Shown in pieces: positions 1-12,840 of a stretch of DNA of 32,000 bases. Numbering within the stretch: the stretch's first letter is position 1; each line of letters starts with the position of its first letter. The position numbers and the translations under genes are program-made. The notes under the pieces are model-generated. The model searched no databases and was not told where the DNA came from. It saw only the letters and a list, made by a program, of their open reading frames with translations. The stretch comes from Acaryochloris marina MBIC11017 (lineage in GTDB: Bacteria > Cyanobacteriota > Cyanobacteriia > Thermosynechococcales > Thermosynechococcaceae), in contig NC_009925.1 in the NCBI RefSeq assembly GCF_000018105.1, positions 2,940,001 to 2,972,000 on the forward strand. The letters are read 5' to 3'.

Positions 1-927
1 GAATGGGGCAAGCAGCTGTTAGTTTATGAGTTTTTCGAGTTCCCCTCCCTGTTTGACGTAGCTCGTCAGATTGAAACGGGACAGCGAGGTGGGACTGACC
101 GAATTGTTGCCCTGCAGGAAAAAGCCGACCAAGCCCTATGGGATATCTATCAGCAAACCTTGCAGCCTTTATCTGCTGAAGACCATGCTGACGTGCCCAT
201 TCATCAACTCTTTATTCATCGCCTGGTTGGGGGACGCTATCACGAGTTTTATGCGGGCAAAGAAGTCAAGTTACCGGGGCAAACCCTCAATTTTGATCAG
301 CTGGCTCAACTGACTTGGCAGATTAATGGCATTCCTTACCGAGACACCCTTGCGGACATTATCCAAACGGCCAGTCAAAAACTTAATCCAACTGCTACTC
401 CCTCTGTCGTCGGTCATGGGGATGCCCATAATGGCAATGTGTTTGTGGATGAAGGCACAGAAACCCTGATCTATTTCGATCCGGCCTTTGCAGGACGACA
501 TTCACCCTTTCTAGATCTCACGAAGCCAATCTTCCATAATGTATTTGCAATTTGGCTCTATTTTCCCCAAGAGATAGCCAAAGACCTGTCTATTAACGTG
601 GAGATTTCAGCAGATCGCATCCAAGTGGATCATGATTTCCAACCCTCAGCCATACGACTGGGATTCCTGCAATCCAAACTTAAGCATGTCCTTCAACCTT
701 TACTTGACCATCTCAAAGCTGCAGGACAACTCCCGGATACCTGGCGACAAGAACTCAAGCTAGCGCTTTTTTGCTGTCCCTTTTTAACCATGAACCTCTG
801 CGATACCCAGCGATTTCCTCCTGAAATTACGCTATTGGGACTCTCTCTAGCAGTTGAAATGGGCAGTTTTAGCAGCTCTGAAGACCAAAGCCTGTTGGAT
901 ACGACCCTAGACCAACTGAGCGCCTGA
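1..927 (+). CDS. Phosphotransferase-family (APH/choline-kinase-like fold) protein, 5' end outside the window
   Basis: Frame 1 is open from base 1, and the track's start at 160 is only an internal TTG. It has the Brenner-type catalytic loop 'HGDAHNGNVF' followed by 'IYFDPAFAG...FLDL', as in aminoglycoside/choline kinase-like phosphotransferases. Confidence 0.7.
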   Translation, partial: EWGKQLLVYEFFEFPSLFDVARQIETGQRGGTDRIVALQEKADQALWDIYQQTLQPLSAEDHADVPIHQLFIHRLVGGRYHEFYAGKEVKLPGQTLNFDQLAQLTWQINGIPYRDTLADIIQTASQKLNPTATPSVVGHGDAHNGNVFVDEGTETLIYFDPAFAGRHSPFLDLTKPIFHNVFAIWLYFPQEIAKDLSINVEISADRIQVDHDFQPSAIRLGFLQSKLKHVLQPLLDHLKAAGQLPDTWRQELKLALFCCPFLTMNLCDTQRFPPEITLLGLSLAVEMGSFSSSEDQSLLDTTLDQLSA

Positions 928-966
928 GCAAGACTTCAAGTGGTGCCGTCCATGTGGAATTAACCT

Positions 967-1524
967 ATGCCGACGTTTCCTAAATTGCAGTGTAAGCGCG
1001 GCATTCTGCGAATGGCGACACAGGATGATATCGATGCCATTCTTAGGTATTTCATCGTTAATCGTGATCATTTAGAACCCTTTGAGCCGATCAAGCCTGT
1101 AGAGTTTTATACACCGGAGTTTTGGCGGGCATTGATTTGCGATCGCACCCAGGCATTCCTCAACGACCAAGGCATCAAATTCTTTCTCTTTGATCAGGAT
1201 AATTCCCAGCAGATTATTGCAACGATCAACTTCTCAAATGTCATTCGAGGTGCTTTTCAGTCCTGCACCCTAGGGTTTAGTATTTCCGCCCAATATCAGG
1301 GGCAAGGCTATATGACCGAGTCAATACCTGTTGCTATTTCATACTTATTTTCTGACCTCAGCTTTCATCGAATTATGGCAGCCTATATGCCCCATAACCA
1401 ACGTAGCGGCAGACTTCTCCGACGATTAGGCTTTCAAATGGAAGGGTATGCCCCTAGATATCTCTGTATTAACGGAATCTGGCAAGACCACATACTCACC
1501 AGCCTCATTAAAACTAATGTTTAG
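967..1524 (+). CDS. GNAT N-acetyltransferase, RimJ/RimL-like
   Basis: 185 aa with the acetyl-CoA binding motif 'QGQGYMTES' and the C-terminal 'N.RS.RLLRRLGFQMEG' signature typical of RimJ/RimL-type GNATs. Confidence 0.85.
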   Translation: MPTFPKLQCKRGILRMATQDDIDAILRYFIVNRDHLEPFEPIKPVEFYTPEFWRALICDRTQAFLNDQGIKFFLFDQDNSQQIIATINFSNVIRGAFQSCTLGFSISAQYQGQGYMTESIPVAISYLFSDLSFHRIMAAYMPHNQRSGRLLRRLGFQMEGYAPRYLCINGIWQDHILTSLIKTNV

Positions 1525-1603
1525 ATTTTATTTAGATATACCCATCACCAAACCGAAAAAGACTTGGGCACAATAGGGGTAGCTATTGTCATGGAAGTTC
1601 GAC

Positions 1604-1628
1604 GGGGGGCGCAAGCCCCTTTTTTTTT
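1604..1628 (+). terminator. Rho-independent terminator downstream of the GNAT gene
   Basis: GGGGC (1606-1610), GCAA tetraloop, GCCCC (1615-1619), then a run of 9 T (1620-1628). Confidence 0.6.
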
Positions 1629-1935
1629 AGAGAATTAGACAACAAAACAACAACTTAAAATCTGGTGAATTGTTTCAAATTTTCCACTTCTGTACAACAT
1701 TTTTTATTCTTTTGGCAACTTAAAATATCTTTAACTATCTCTCGCTGAATTGAGAGATAAAGCTTTGCAAAATCTGAGTATCTTTTCTATCGCACTGCTA
1801 AGAATGCGATAGAAGCGGCAGTCAAGAACTTTAATCCCCAAAGATCTCAAAGTTCAAAAAATAATTATTAATATTTCCTACAGAGATGTGTTTGTTTCTG
1901 TAGAAAATAGGGCATGATGTAATCAATTAGTCTCC

Positions 1936-1965
1936 AAATAAAAACCCAGCACGGGGGGTGCTGGG
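1936..1965 (-). terminator. Terminator-like hairpin on the minus strand
   Basis: CCCAGCAC (1945-1952) pairs with GTGCTGGG (1958-1965). On the minus strand the stem is followed by TTTTTATTT. No upstream minus-strand gene is evident. Confidence 0.3.
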
Positions 1966-1986
1966 TCGATATGGGAGGTATTGGAA

Positions 1987-2026
1987 CCCTCTGGATGAGT
2001 GAATGCATCGCATCCGAGGGTTTTTT
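1987..2026 (+). terminator. Terminator-like hairpin with U-tail, possibly the 3' end of an sRNA
   Basis: CCCTCTGGATG (1987-1997) pairs with CATCCGAGGG (2011-2020) with one bulge, followed by TTTTTT (2021-2026). It lies in a 770-bp AT-rich intergenic region. Confidence 0.4.
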
Positions 2027-2294
2027 ATGGCATGAATTAACTAGTTGTTTATACTCTAACCACTCTTTCAAATCCAGACCTGAGAAGAACTACGGAATTA
2101 TTATTTCTCTTGCCACCAAACCTCCAGTAAATACACCCACATTTACTTTCGCTCCATCTCATAGAAGTCATATCAAAAATAACAGAAACAGAACTTTAGG
2201 GAGACATTTATAATATTCACAACACGGGTAATAGTGCATTCCTCTCCTAACACGCTGAAATGAATCAATTAACAGTTTCTATGAGAGAGCAGGT

Positions 2295-3671
2295 ATGGAA
2301 ACTCAAACCAGTTCCAATCCGAGCAATTTAGATATTCAGTTCAATTTTTGGCAACAGTGGTATCCTGTCGCTCCCTTAGAAGATTTAGATCCGCAGCGTC
2401 CCACTCCCATCACGTTATTAGGGCAGCATTTTGTCATTTGGCAACCTAAAGATTCTGGCCAATATCTGGTGTTCCAAGATCTGTGCCCCCACCGCTTAGC
2501 TCCCCTGAGTGAAGGTCGCATTGACGATCAAACAGGTCAGCTCATGTGTAGCTATCACGGTTGGCAGTTTGACCAACAGGGTCTTTGCACCCACATTCCT
2601 CAAGCTGAAGCCGTTACCTCTCAGCAATCACAGCTTTACTGCGTCACGGTTATCCCCACTCAAGCGCACAGTGGGCTGTTGTGGGTCTGGCCGGATCCAG
2701 ACACCCAAGATGTTGCTGCGACTCAACCTTTGCCTCTCTCTCCCCTCGTTGATGCGGATCAAAACTTTGTCTACTCCTCTTTCATGAGAGATTTAGCCTA
2801 TGACTGGCAGACATTAGTCGAAAATTTATCTGACCCGAGTCACGTTCCCTTTGCCCATCACGGTGTCCAAGGAAATCGCAACCAAGCTGCTCCTATTCCC
2901 ATGGAGGTTCTGACCTCCACCCCAGAGTTAATTGAAGTCCAGACCACGGGGAAGTTCTCCACCAACATTACCTTTCAACCTCCCTGCCGCATGGAATATC
3001 AATTTTCCATCGGCGATGGGAAACAAGCGACCATGGTCACCTACTGTATTCCCATTGCCCCAGGTCGATCTCGCATCGTAGCCTTGTTTGCACGCAATTT
3101 TGCCACCGGTTTAATGAAAGTGATTCCTCGCTGGGTAGAGCATATGTTAAACCGCAATCCAGTGCTGGATGGTGACATGATTTTGTTACGCTCCCAAGAA
3201 AAACAGCTGCTTCAGCACACCCAAACCCAAAATTGGCAAACCACCTACAAACTCCCCACCAGTGCGGATCGTCTCGTGATTGAATATCGGCGATGGTTCG
3301 AAAAGTATAGTCATGGACAAATTCCTTGGGGATCTGCTGATGGGCAGATCCCCGTTGCTTCCAACAACTATGCCTATTTACAGCCCCTAGGGGAGCAGCG
3401 ACCTCAACTTCTGGATCGATACCATCAGCACACCTTGATCTGCAGTAGCTGCCGAGGAGCATTGAGCAGAATCAAGCAATTGCAAAAGATGTTGGTGGCT
3501 GTCTTTGCGATCGCCATCAGTGGAGCTGCAATTTTGCCCGACGATTTAAGAGCAACCTGGGGAATTCCTTTAGTGATTACAGCCCTTCTAGGATTAGGGG
3601 GTTGCTACTGGTTGAAATATTGGCTGGAACCCAAATTTTATTTTGTTGACTATATCCATGCTGATCACTAA
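2295..3671 (+). CDS. Rieske [2Fe-2S] oxygenase of the PaO/Tic55 (pheophorbide a oxygenase-like) family
   Basis: Rieske motif 'CPHRLAPL...CSYHGWQF'. Mononuclear-iron motif 'ENLSDPSHVPFAHHG'. C-terminal 'CSSCRGAL' CxxC plus a C-terminal TM helix, as in PaO-family proteins. Confidence 0.9.
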   Translation: METQTSSNPSNLDIQFNFWQQWYPVAPLEDLDPQRPTPITLLGQHFVIWQPKDSGQYLVFQDLCPHRLAPLSEGRIDDQTGQLMCSYHGWQFDQQGLCTHIPQAEAVTSQQSQLYCVTVIPTQAHSGLLWVWPDPDTQDVAATQPLPLSPLVDADQNFVYSSFMRDLAYDWQTLVENLSDPSHVPFAHHGVQGNRNQAAPIPMEVLTSTPELIEVQTTGKFSTNITFQPPCRMEYQFSIGDGKQATMVTYCIPIAPGRSRIVALFARNFATGLMKVIPRWVEHMLNRNPVLDGDMILLRSQEKQLLQHTQTQNWQTTYKLPTSADRLVIEYRRWFEKYSHGQIPWGSADGQIPVASNNYAYLQPLGEQRPQLLDRYHQHTLICSSCRGALSRIKQLQKMLVAVFAIAISGAAILPDDLRATWGIPLVITALLGLGGCYWLKYWLEPKFYFVDYIHADH

Positions 3672-4249
3672 GCAGTCAGGGCGCTTAAAACAGTGTTATG
3701 CCTTGCTAACCATCAGCTGTAAAACGGTGAATATGCTTAGCTCTCGCTGATGGGTTTCAAGATTAAACCATAAAACATCTTTAGAGAAGTCTTTCGATAC
3801 CACAATAATTTGCAGGAAATAAAAATCTACATAGTTATTTTATGAATTTTTATTACTTTATATAAAATATTTCTAGCACCTAAAGTGAATCCCTACTTCG
3901 TAGGCTTATTGAACACAGTAGCGTTCCAAATTAGTGGCATCAACATTCTCCAAAACCTCTGCAAGACTTGAATTAAAAGGCTTTTTAAGTGTTTAAGGCA
4001 AGATGAAAATCTCGGATAGAGCATAGAGTATTGCGAATGTTATTGCATCATCAGCCCCAATCCCTTATATGGGGATCAAAATCAGCGCAACCTTTTTCCT
4101 AAAAGGATTTCAAAGATTATTCTTGTTATCTTCCTCCATATGTAAAGAACTGTATTGAGTCATGGCTATGTAAACCATGAGTATTAAGTATTTTTTCTTA
4201 GCCTGTTTGGGACTAGCGGGAGGATATACTTCTAGAACAGAAACGCTTG

Positions 4250-4711
4250 ATGTTGTTGAGGTCGCGTATGGATTCGCCCCCTCCTATGTTGTTTGCGTCG
4301 ATCACAGCCTTTTCCATGACGCTAGCTGTGTTCCTTTACATAGGACTTGGTGTACTAGGGATTGCCCTACGAAGATTGCGACTCCGTCACGGTGAAGCTT
4401 CTTGGGGATGGTTACGTTATATCCACTATGGTTTGGGTATCACGCTAGTACTAACCATTTTAGAGTTAATGACCATCGGTATTTTAGGTGCCTCCACTTA
4501 TGAAGGAACCTCCGGTCATTCATCTCATTTACCCGCTGGCCTATTGGTGGCCGGTTTAACCTTGGCTTCTGCTTGGGCAGCCAGTCGTGTGCACCCCAAA
4601 CGCCCTTGGGCTCGTCCACTCCACGTCAGCATTAACGGCATGCTTTTTCTAGCCTTAACCGCTGTGTCTTGGACAGGTTGGTCAGTGCTTCAAAACTATT
4701 TGCCTCAGTAA
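4250..4711 (+). CDS. Four-TM histidine-containing membrane protein, possibly DUF4079-like
   Basis: Hydrophobic ORF with about 4 predicted helices. Start is uncertain: TTG 4247, ATG 4250, or ATG 4268, the last preceded by GAGG. The family call is tentative. Confidence 0.5.
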   Translation: MLLRSRMDSPPPMLFASITAFSMTLAVFLYIGLGVLGIALRRLRLRHGEASWGWLRYIHYGLGITLVLTILELMTIGILGASTYEGTSGHSSHLPAGLLVAGLTLASAWAASRVHPKRPWARPLHVSINGMLFLALTAVSWTGWSVLQNYLPQ

Positions 4712-4745
4712 CGCCTGATCAATATTCAACTCACAAGTACGCAGC

Positions 4746-5201
4746 ATGTGTTGCGTACTATGTTGTCTTATGCAAAAACTAAGTGGTCGCTGTCTATGCG
4801 AAGGAATCGCTTATGAGATTTCAGGTGAGCTAGGTCCCATCTTTAACTGCCATTGCTCAAAATGCAGGCGCTGGCATGGGGCTGCATTTCGCACCCGAGC
4901 CACTATCAATGCTCAACAATTTCGGTGGACTAGGGGTGAAGAGCTGCTGTCTCGTTACCATTCGTCTGAGTTTGTCGTGAAGCATTTTTGCTCTGTCTGT
5001 GGCTCCAATCTCATTAGCACCTATGACAATGATCCTGAGAAAATCGGCGTTCCCTTAGGGGGGCTAGATCAAGCGCCTCACAATGCACCAGAGGGCCATA
5101 TTTATGTGGGGTCTAAATCGCCTTGGTTCACCATTACAGATGACCTCCCCCAGCACGATACCTGGCCAGGCAGCCATGCCAAAGTTCGTGAGACCCGCTA
5201 A
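4746..5201 (+). CDS. GFA-family (glutathione-dependent formaldehyde-activating / CENP-V-like) zinc protein
   Basis: Cys pattern 'GRCLCEGI...NCHCSKCRRWHGAAF...FCSVCGS' is typical of the GFA family. ATG 4770 (MQKLSG...) is an alternative start. Confidence 0.8.
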   Translation: MCCVLCCLMQKLSGRCLCEGIAYEISGELGPIFNCHCSKCRRWHGAAFRTRATINAQQFRWTRGEELLSRYHSSEFVVKHFCSVCGSNLISTYDNDPEKIGVPLGGLDQAPHNAPEGHIYVGSKSPWFTITDDLPQHDTWPGSHAKVRETR

Positions 5202-5226
5202 GTTCTCTTTGATAAGCCGCTAAGCA

Positions 5227-5859
5227 TTATGCAGTCGGTTCAGTTCCCTGCCAACGCTGCAGGGGCACACAATCGATTCCGAGTTGATCTAAAGCCCGAG
5301 CAACCACAAAGTCTGCCAAATCTTCAATCGTTTGGGGGTTGTGGTACCAGGCAGGAATCGCAGGAACAATCCGAGCTCCCGCTTCTGCCAATGTAGTCAG
5401 ATTTCGCAAGTGAATCAGGCTAAAAGGGGTTTCTCTAGGCACGATTACCAAAGGACGTCGTTCCTTCAGGTGAACATCAGCCGTTCGTTCCAAGAGGCTA
5501 GAACTGAGACCCGCAGAAATTTTAGCCACCGTACTCATACTGCAGGGAATCACCAGCATTCCTAAAGTACGAAAGGAACCGCTGGCAATGCCTGCACCGA
5601 CGTTAGTCGCAGCATGGCAAGTTAATTTCCCACCCCATTCATCAGCTTGCTGACGCCAAAATTGCTCTTGCTTAACAGGGTCAGCGGGCATACGAATATT
5701 TTGTTCAGCTTGCCAAACCTGATACGTGGCCTTAGATGCCACTAGCTCAATTGAATAATTTGCGCGGAGCAAGAACTTAATGGTGCGTACGGCATAGAGT
5801 AATCCAGATGCACCAGACACGCCTAAAGTAACGGGTAAAGGTGAGTTAGAGTGAGACAC
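5227..5859 (-). CDS. ubiX: Flavin prenyltransferase UbiX
   Basis: Motifs 'GVSGASG', 'VIPCSMSTVAKISAGLSSSLLERTADVHLKERRPLVIVPRETP' and 'HLRNL..LAEAGA.I.PA.PAWY' match UbiX/Pad1. GTG start. Confidence 0.9.
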   Translation of the reverse strand: MSHSNSPLPVTLGVSGASGLLYAVRTIKFLLRANYSIELVASKATYQVWQAEQNIRMPADPVKQEQFWRQQADEWGGKLTCHAATNVGAGIASGSFRTLGMLVIPCSMSTVAKISAGLSSSLLERTADVHLKERRPLVIVPRETPFSLIHLRNLTTLAEAGARIVPAIPAWYHNPQTIEDLADFVVARALDQLGIDCVPLQRWQGTEPTA

Positions 5860-5977
5860 AAGCGTAGGCCATAAAAGAGTGGTATTTCGCCTCAGCGGAA
5901 CGTTTCATTATAACGTTGCTACTCTGTATCCCTCACACAGAAAGCGATCCCCAACCTAGGCTTGATCTCTACTCTGC

Positions 5978-6532
5978 TTGCAGGATAAGTGCTGTCGAGA
6001 AGGGGATAGAGCAATCTCTCCATACGTACAGCTTGACACCAAGGAACCCAGATTGAATCGAACTTTCTTCTCATCCAAAGGCTTTACATTACTCTGTTGG
6101 ATCGTGTGGATGGCGGTCATGGTCCAGTTTTCCACTCAGCGATGGGGCGGCGAACAGACCCAATCCATTCTGACAACGCTCTTAGATTGGAGTGTACCAG
6201 CCTTACTGAATGCCCTCAGCCCAGAACAACTACACACCCTGAACTTTATCGTTCGCAAGGGGGCGCACTTAACGGAATATGCCATTCTCACCACCCTTTG
6301 CTTCACAATGGGAACATGGGGGTTCCAACAACCTTGGAAATCAGTATTACCTGTTGCAGTTCTGGGTTCAGCCATCTTTGCGGTCACCGATGAGTTTCAT
6401 CAAGGCTTTGTCCCCAATCGCGGTGCATCTCCCGTAGATGTGATGATCGATATTACGGGTGCCTTGATTGCAGTGGGCTTGATCAGTATTTGGAAAACCC
6501 AATTTCAACCTGAGACGAAACAAGATCGATGA
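5978..6532 (+). CDS. VanZ-family membrane protein
   Basis: Motifs 'RKGAHLTEYAILT' and 'DEFHQGFVPNRGASPVDVMIDITGALIAV' are VanZ-like. The true start is probably internal, at TTG 6053 or ATG 6110. Confidence 0.7.
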   Translation: MQDKCCREGDRAISPYVQLDTKEPRLNRTFFSSKGFTLLCWIVWMAVMVQFSTQRWGGEQTQSILTTLLDWSVPALLNALSPEQLHTLNFIVRKGAHLTEYAILTTLCFTMGTWGFQQPWKSVLPVAVLGSAIFAVTDEFHQGFVPNRGASPVDVMIDITGALIAVGLISIWKTQFQPETKQDR

Positions 6533-6889
6533 CAGTAACTCAGTTTTTACATGCAGCCTTGCTTGTACAGGATTTAGAGCGCTCTCGGCAGTTTTATGGT
6601 GAGTTGCTGGGCCTAACGGAATGTCCTCGTCCCTTTGATTTCTCTGGGGCTTGGTATCAAATCGGTCCTCAACAGCTCCATATCATGGTGTCTCCAGAGT
6701 ATTCTGCCCAACAAGCCGATCAAGAACGTTGGGGGCGCAATCGCCATGTGGCTTTGGCGGTTTCCAATCTAGAGGACTGTCAAACCCAGCTCAAAGCAGC
6801 TGGAGTGACCTATCAGTTAAGCCATTCGGGCCGAGCTGCATTATTTGTGCACGATCCAGATGGCAACATTATTGAGCTAAGCCAAGTCG

Positions 6890-6912
<23 letters not shown>
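6529..6912 (+). CDS. VOC (glyoxalase/bleomycin-resistance/dioxygenase) family protein
   Basis: Motifs 'FLHAALLVQDLERSRQFYGELLGL', 'HVALAV' and 'FVHDPDGNIIEL'. The ATG overlaps the VanZ stop (ATGA at 6529-6532). Confidence 0.8.
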
Positions 6913-10266
<3,354 letters not shown>

Positions 10267-10289
10267 CGCAGATCTTACTCAGCTCTCAT

Positions 10290-10775
10290 CTACGAATCTG
10301 AGGTCAATAATGCTACTGCATAGGAGCAAATACCCTGCTCTTGTCCTACGGGTCCGAGCTTTTCATTGGTTGTCGCTTTTATACCGATTAATTCCGGGCT
10401 GAGATTTAAGACTTGGCTAATGCGATCGCGCATCGCTTCAATATGAGGTTTAAGCTTAGGGCGCTCAGCCACCACCACCGAGTCAATATTCCCGATCTGC
10501 CAGCCTCGATCCAGAATCAATTGGTGAACTTGTTCCAATAACTTCAAACTATCGGCTCCTGCCCATTTTGGATCGGTCGGTGGGAAATAATGACCAATAT
10601 CGCCTAAACTCAAAGCACCTAATAGGGCATCCATAATTGCATGGGTCAACACATCTGCATCACTATGGCCTTTCAGTCCTAGAGAATGCTCGATTTGCAC
10701 CCCCCCAAGAATCAACGGGCGACCTTCAACCAGTTGATGGATATCGTAACCATTACCAATGCGGATGGATGTCAT
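10290..10775 (-). CDS. ispF: 2-C-methyl-D-erythritol 2,4-cyclodiphosphate synthase
   Basis: Motifs '[11 protein letters not shown]', '[19 protein letters not shown]' and 'GDIG..FP' are the IspF signature. Confidence 0.95.
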   Translation of the reverse strand: MTSIRIGNGYDIHQLVEGRPLILGGVQIEHSLGLKGHSDADVLTHAIMDALLGALSLGDIGHYFPPTDPKWAGADSLKLLEQVHQLILDRGWQIGNIDSVVVAERPKLKPHIEAMRDRISQVLNLSPELIGIKATTNEKLGPVGQEQGICSYAVALLTSDS

Positions 10776-11058
10776 AGTTTTACTACGGGAATCAATTGAA
10801 AAACGGCTCAGTGCTCTCGTACCATACTATGACGGTACCTCTCTATTTACAGCACTAATCGTTAGGCTGCTAAGACACCATTGGTTGAGAGCAGCGCCAT
10901 CGGTTATCCATATCCTGTCAGCGTTACACTAGCAGCCACCCTTGAAGATTGGAACAGGTTCCCGGCGGCACCGTCTAAACAGTCAATGCTTTATGCCCAA
11001 GCAGCATACCAACTCAGTTCCCCTACAGTTACTGTTATTGTTTTCCAAATCACAACTT

Positions 11059-11559
11059 ATGAAAAAATTCCTACTGTTTTCATCCATACTTCTAGCCCCC
11101 TTAGCGATAACTCCTGCACTGAGTGCTCAGGAAACCGTTGCTTCCCCCCGCTATTCCCAACCGCTAGTCATCGCACAAGATGCAGTGAAAGCCGACCCTT
11201 TCTTTTTAACTCGAGCCAAAAATTTGGCTCGGCAAGCCGCCGAACGAGAAAATGGTGGACTCAGTCAGTACCGGGCTGAAACTTCGATGTATGGCCCGGC
11301 CATCGACTCTCCTCACGTCGAGAATGAGGATGGCAGTGTCACTTTCTCTTTTAAAGGAGGTGCTCCTGGATTTGTGTCCCCCACGTTAGAGACCGTAGCC
11401 ACCGTATCTCCTGCAGGCATCGTGACGATCGGTTACAACGGCCCCATTCGTCCCGCCGCTGCTCAGCCCCCCCAACCCGAACCTACCCCCGCAGCCACAG
11501 ATCCCATCCCGCAGGTACCCTCTCAAATTATTGACCAGATCAAAGATTTAGTTGAATAG
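11059..11559 (+). CDS. Exported protein with one copy of an unrecognised ~88-aa domain
   Basis: ATG 11059 gives the signal peptide 'MKKFLLFSSILLAPLAITPALSAQ'. The domain 'DPFFLTRAKNLARQAAERENGGL..YRAE..MYGP...DGSVTF.FKGGAPGF' spans 11191-11454. The track's TTG start at 10942 is unlikely. Confidence 0.7.
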   Translation: MKKFLLFSSILLAPLAITPALSAQETVASPRYSQPLVIAQDAVKADPFFLTRAKNLARQAAERENGGLSQYRAETSMYGPAIDSPHVENEDGSVTFSFKGGAPGFVSPTLETVATVSPAGIVTIGYNGPIRPAAAQPPQPEPTPAATDPIPQVPSQIIDQIKDLVE

Positions 11560-11723
11560 CCATCCAACGAATCTGGCAGGAAAAATCAGTAGTAAGCCTA
11601 ATTACTGCTATCCGTCGTCTGCACTTATCCAACACAGATAGGCATCCTAACGATAGCCTATAGATGTTTTGTGCCTCTACTATGGGCAGATGGTTTTGTT
11701 TATCTCTCTTTAGGGTTGTGTCT

Positions 11724-12701
11724 ATGCGCCAGTTTGTTGCTTTCTCGCAGGTTTTGTTACTTCCCATGTGTTTGGGGATAGGGCAGGTATCAGTCCATGC
11801 CCAATCCTCCCCATCCATCACACCTCCTCCTAAAGCCGCAGATCCCTTTTTCCTAACCCGGGCCAAGAACCTGGCAAGACAAGCCGCCGAACGTCAGAAT
11901 GGCGGACTCAGACTCTATCGTGCAGAAGCTGCCATGTATGGACCTGCCATAGATGCCCCCAGTAGACAGAATTCTGACGGTAGCGTCACCTTTACTTTCA
12001 AAGGCGGAGCCCCTGGTTTCGTCACGCCCACTGTAGAAACTATCGCCACCGTGACCCCCCAGGGACAGGTCAGCCTTCAATACAACGGTCCTTTACGCTC
12101 CGTTGCTCTTGCCCAGGTCAAACCCACTCCATCCCAGACTCAAATACCAACACAGCCCCCAACCCCATTAACCAATTCATTAGAAAAGCCTGTTTTAATC
12201 CCCCGCTCTCAACCCTTACTGCCTAAATCTCCTCCACCATTAACCCCTCAACCCAAAGCACCACAAACACGTCTTCCCACCTCTGAACTACCGCCCCTGC
12301 AACCAGCACCAACAATCACCCCAACGCAAACATTGCCACCTCTCGCAACACAGCCAACGCCTGCTATTACCCCTCAGAGTACGCCCAGTCGCCCCGCTCA
12401 GACCTCACCTACATCCCTCCCAAAGAATAGTATTGCGGCTGATTTCTTTCTCTCTCGCGCCAAAAACTTAGCTCGGCAAGCTGCTATTAACGCGAACGGT
12501 GGTTTAGCTCAGTATCGACCTGAACCTTCCATGTTCGGTCCTGCGGCTAGCACGCCACATCAAAAAAATCCAGATGGCAGTATTACCTTTAGATTCCAAG
12601 GAGGAGCCCCTGGGTATCGCAATCCCACCACAGAATCCGTAGTCACCGTGACCCAAAATAGCATTGTCACCGTGACTTACAATGGCCCCATCCGACCTTA
12701 A
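11724..12701 (+). CDS. Exported protein with two copies of the same ~88-aa domain separated by a Pro/Thr/Gln-rich linker
   Basis: ATG 11724 gives the signal peptide 'MRQFVAFSQVLLLPMCLGIGQVSVHAQ'. Domain copies lie at about 11838-12101 and 12435-12698, with the linker at about 12102-12434. Confidence 0.7.
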   Translation: MRQFVAFSQVLLLPMCLGIGQVSVHAQSSPSITPPPKAADPFFLTRAKNLARQAAERQNGGLRLYRAEAAMYGPAIDAPSRQNSDGSVTFTFKGGAPGFVTPTVETIATVTPQGQVSLQYNGPLRSVALAQVKPTPSQTQIPTQPPTPLTNSLEKPVLIPRSQPLLPKSPPPLTPQPKAPQTRLPTSELPPLQPAPTITPTQTLPPLATQPTPAITPQSTPSRPAQTSPTSLPKNSIAADFFLSRAKNLARQAAINANGGLAQYRPEPSMFGPAASTPHQKNPDGSITFRFQGGAPGYRNPTTESVVTVTQNSIVTVTYNGPIRP

Positions 12702-12840
12702 CGGCAGTGAAGTAATACTGTCCTGCTGAGAAACCCATGGCAAGCAACTTCACAAACTATAGACCATAGAGTAAGTTCCTCTAGTAAATGGGTAAACTAA
12801 GACATATCAGACAAAAAATTAATTGTTAAGGACAAGTAGC

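Noticed and set aside
1868-2213. ORFs 1868-2071 (minus strand) and 1971-2213 (plus strand) in the AT-rich spacer
   Set aside because: Both run straight through strong terminator-like hairpins. Their composition is typical of translated AT-rich non-coding DNA, and they have no ribosome-binding sites.
3672-4246. 575-bp AT-rich spacer upstream of the 4-TM membrane protein gene
   Set aside because: It has only weak, AU-rich or long-loop inverted repeats (for example CCATCAGC/GCTGATGG at 3710-3753). It has no U-tailed hairpin, no repeats and no plausible small ORF, so it is most simply a promoter or spacer region.
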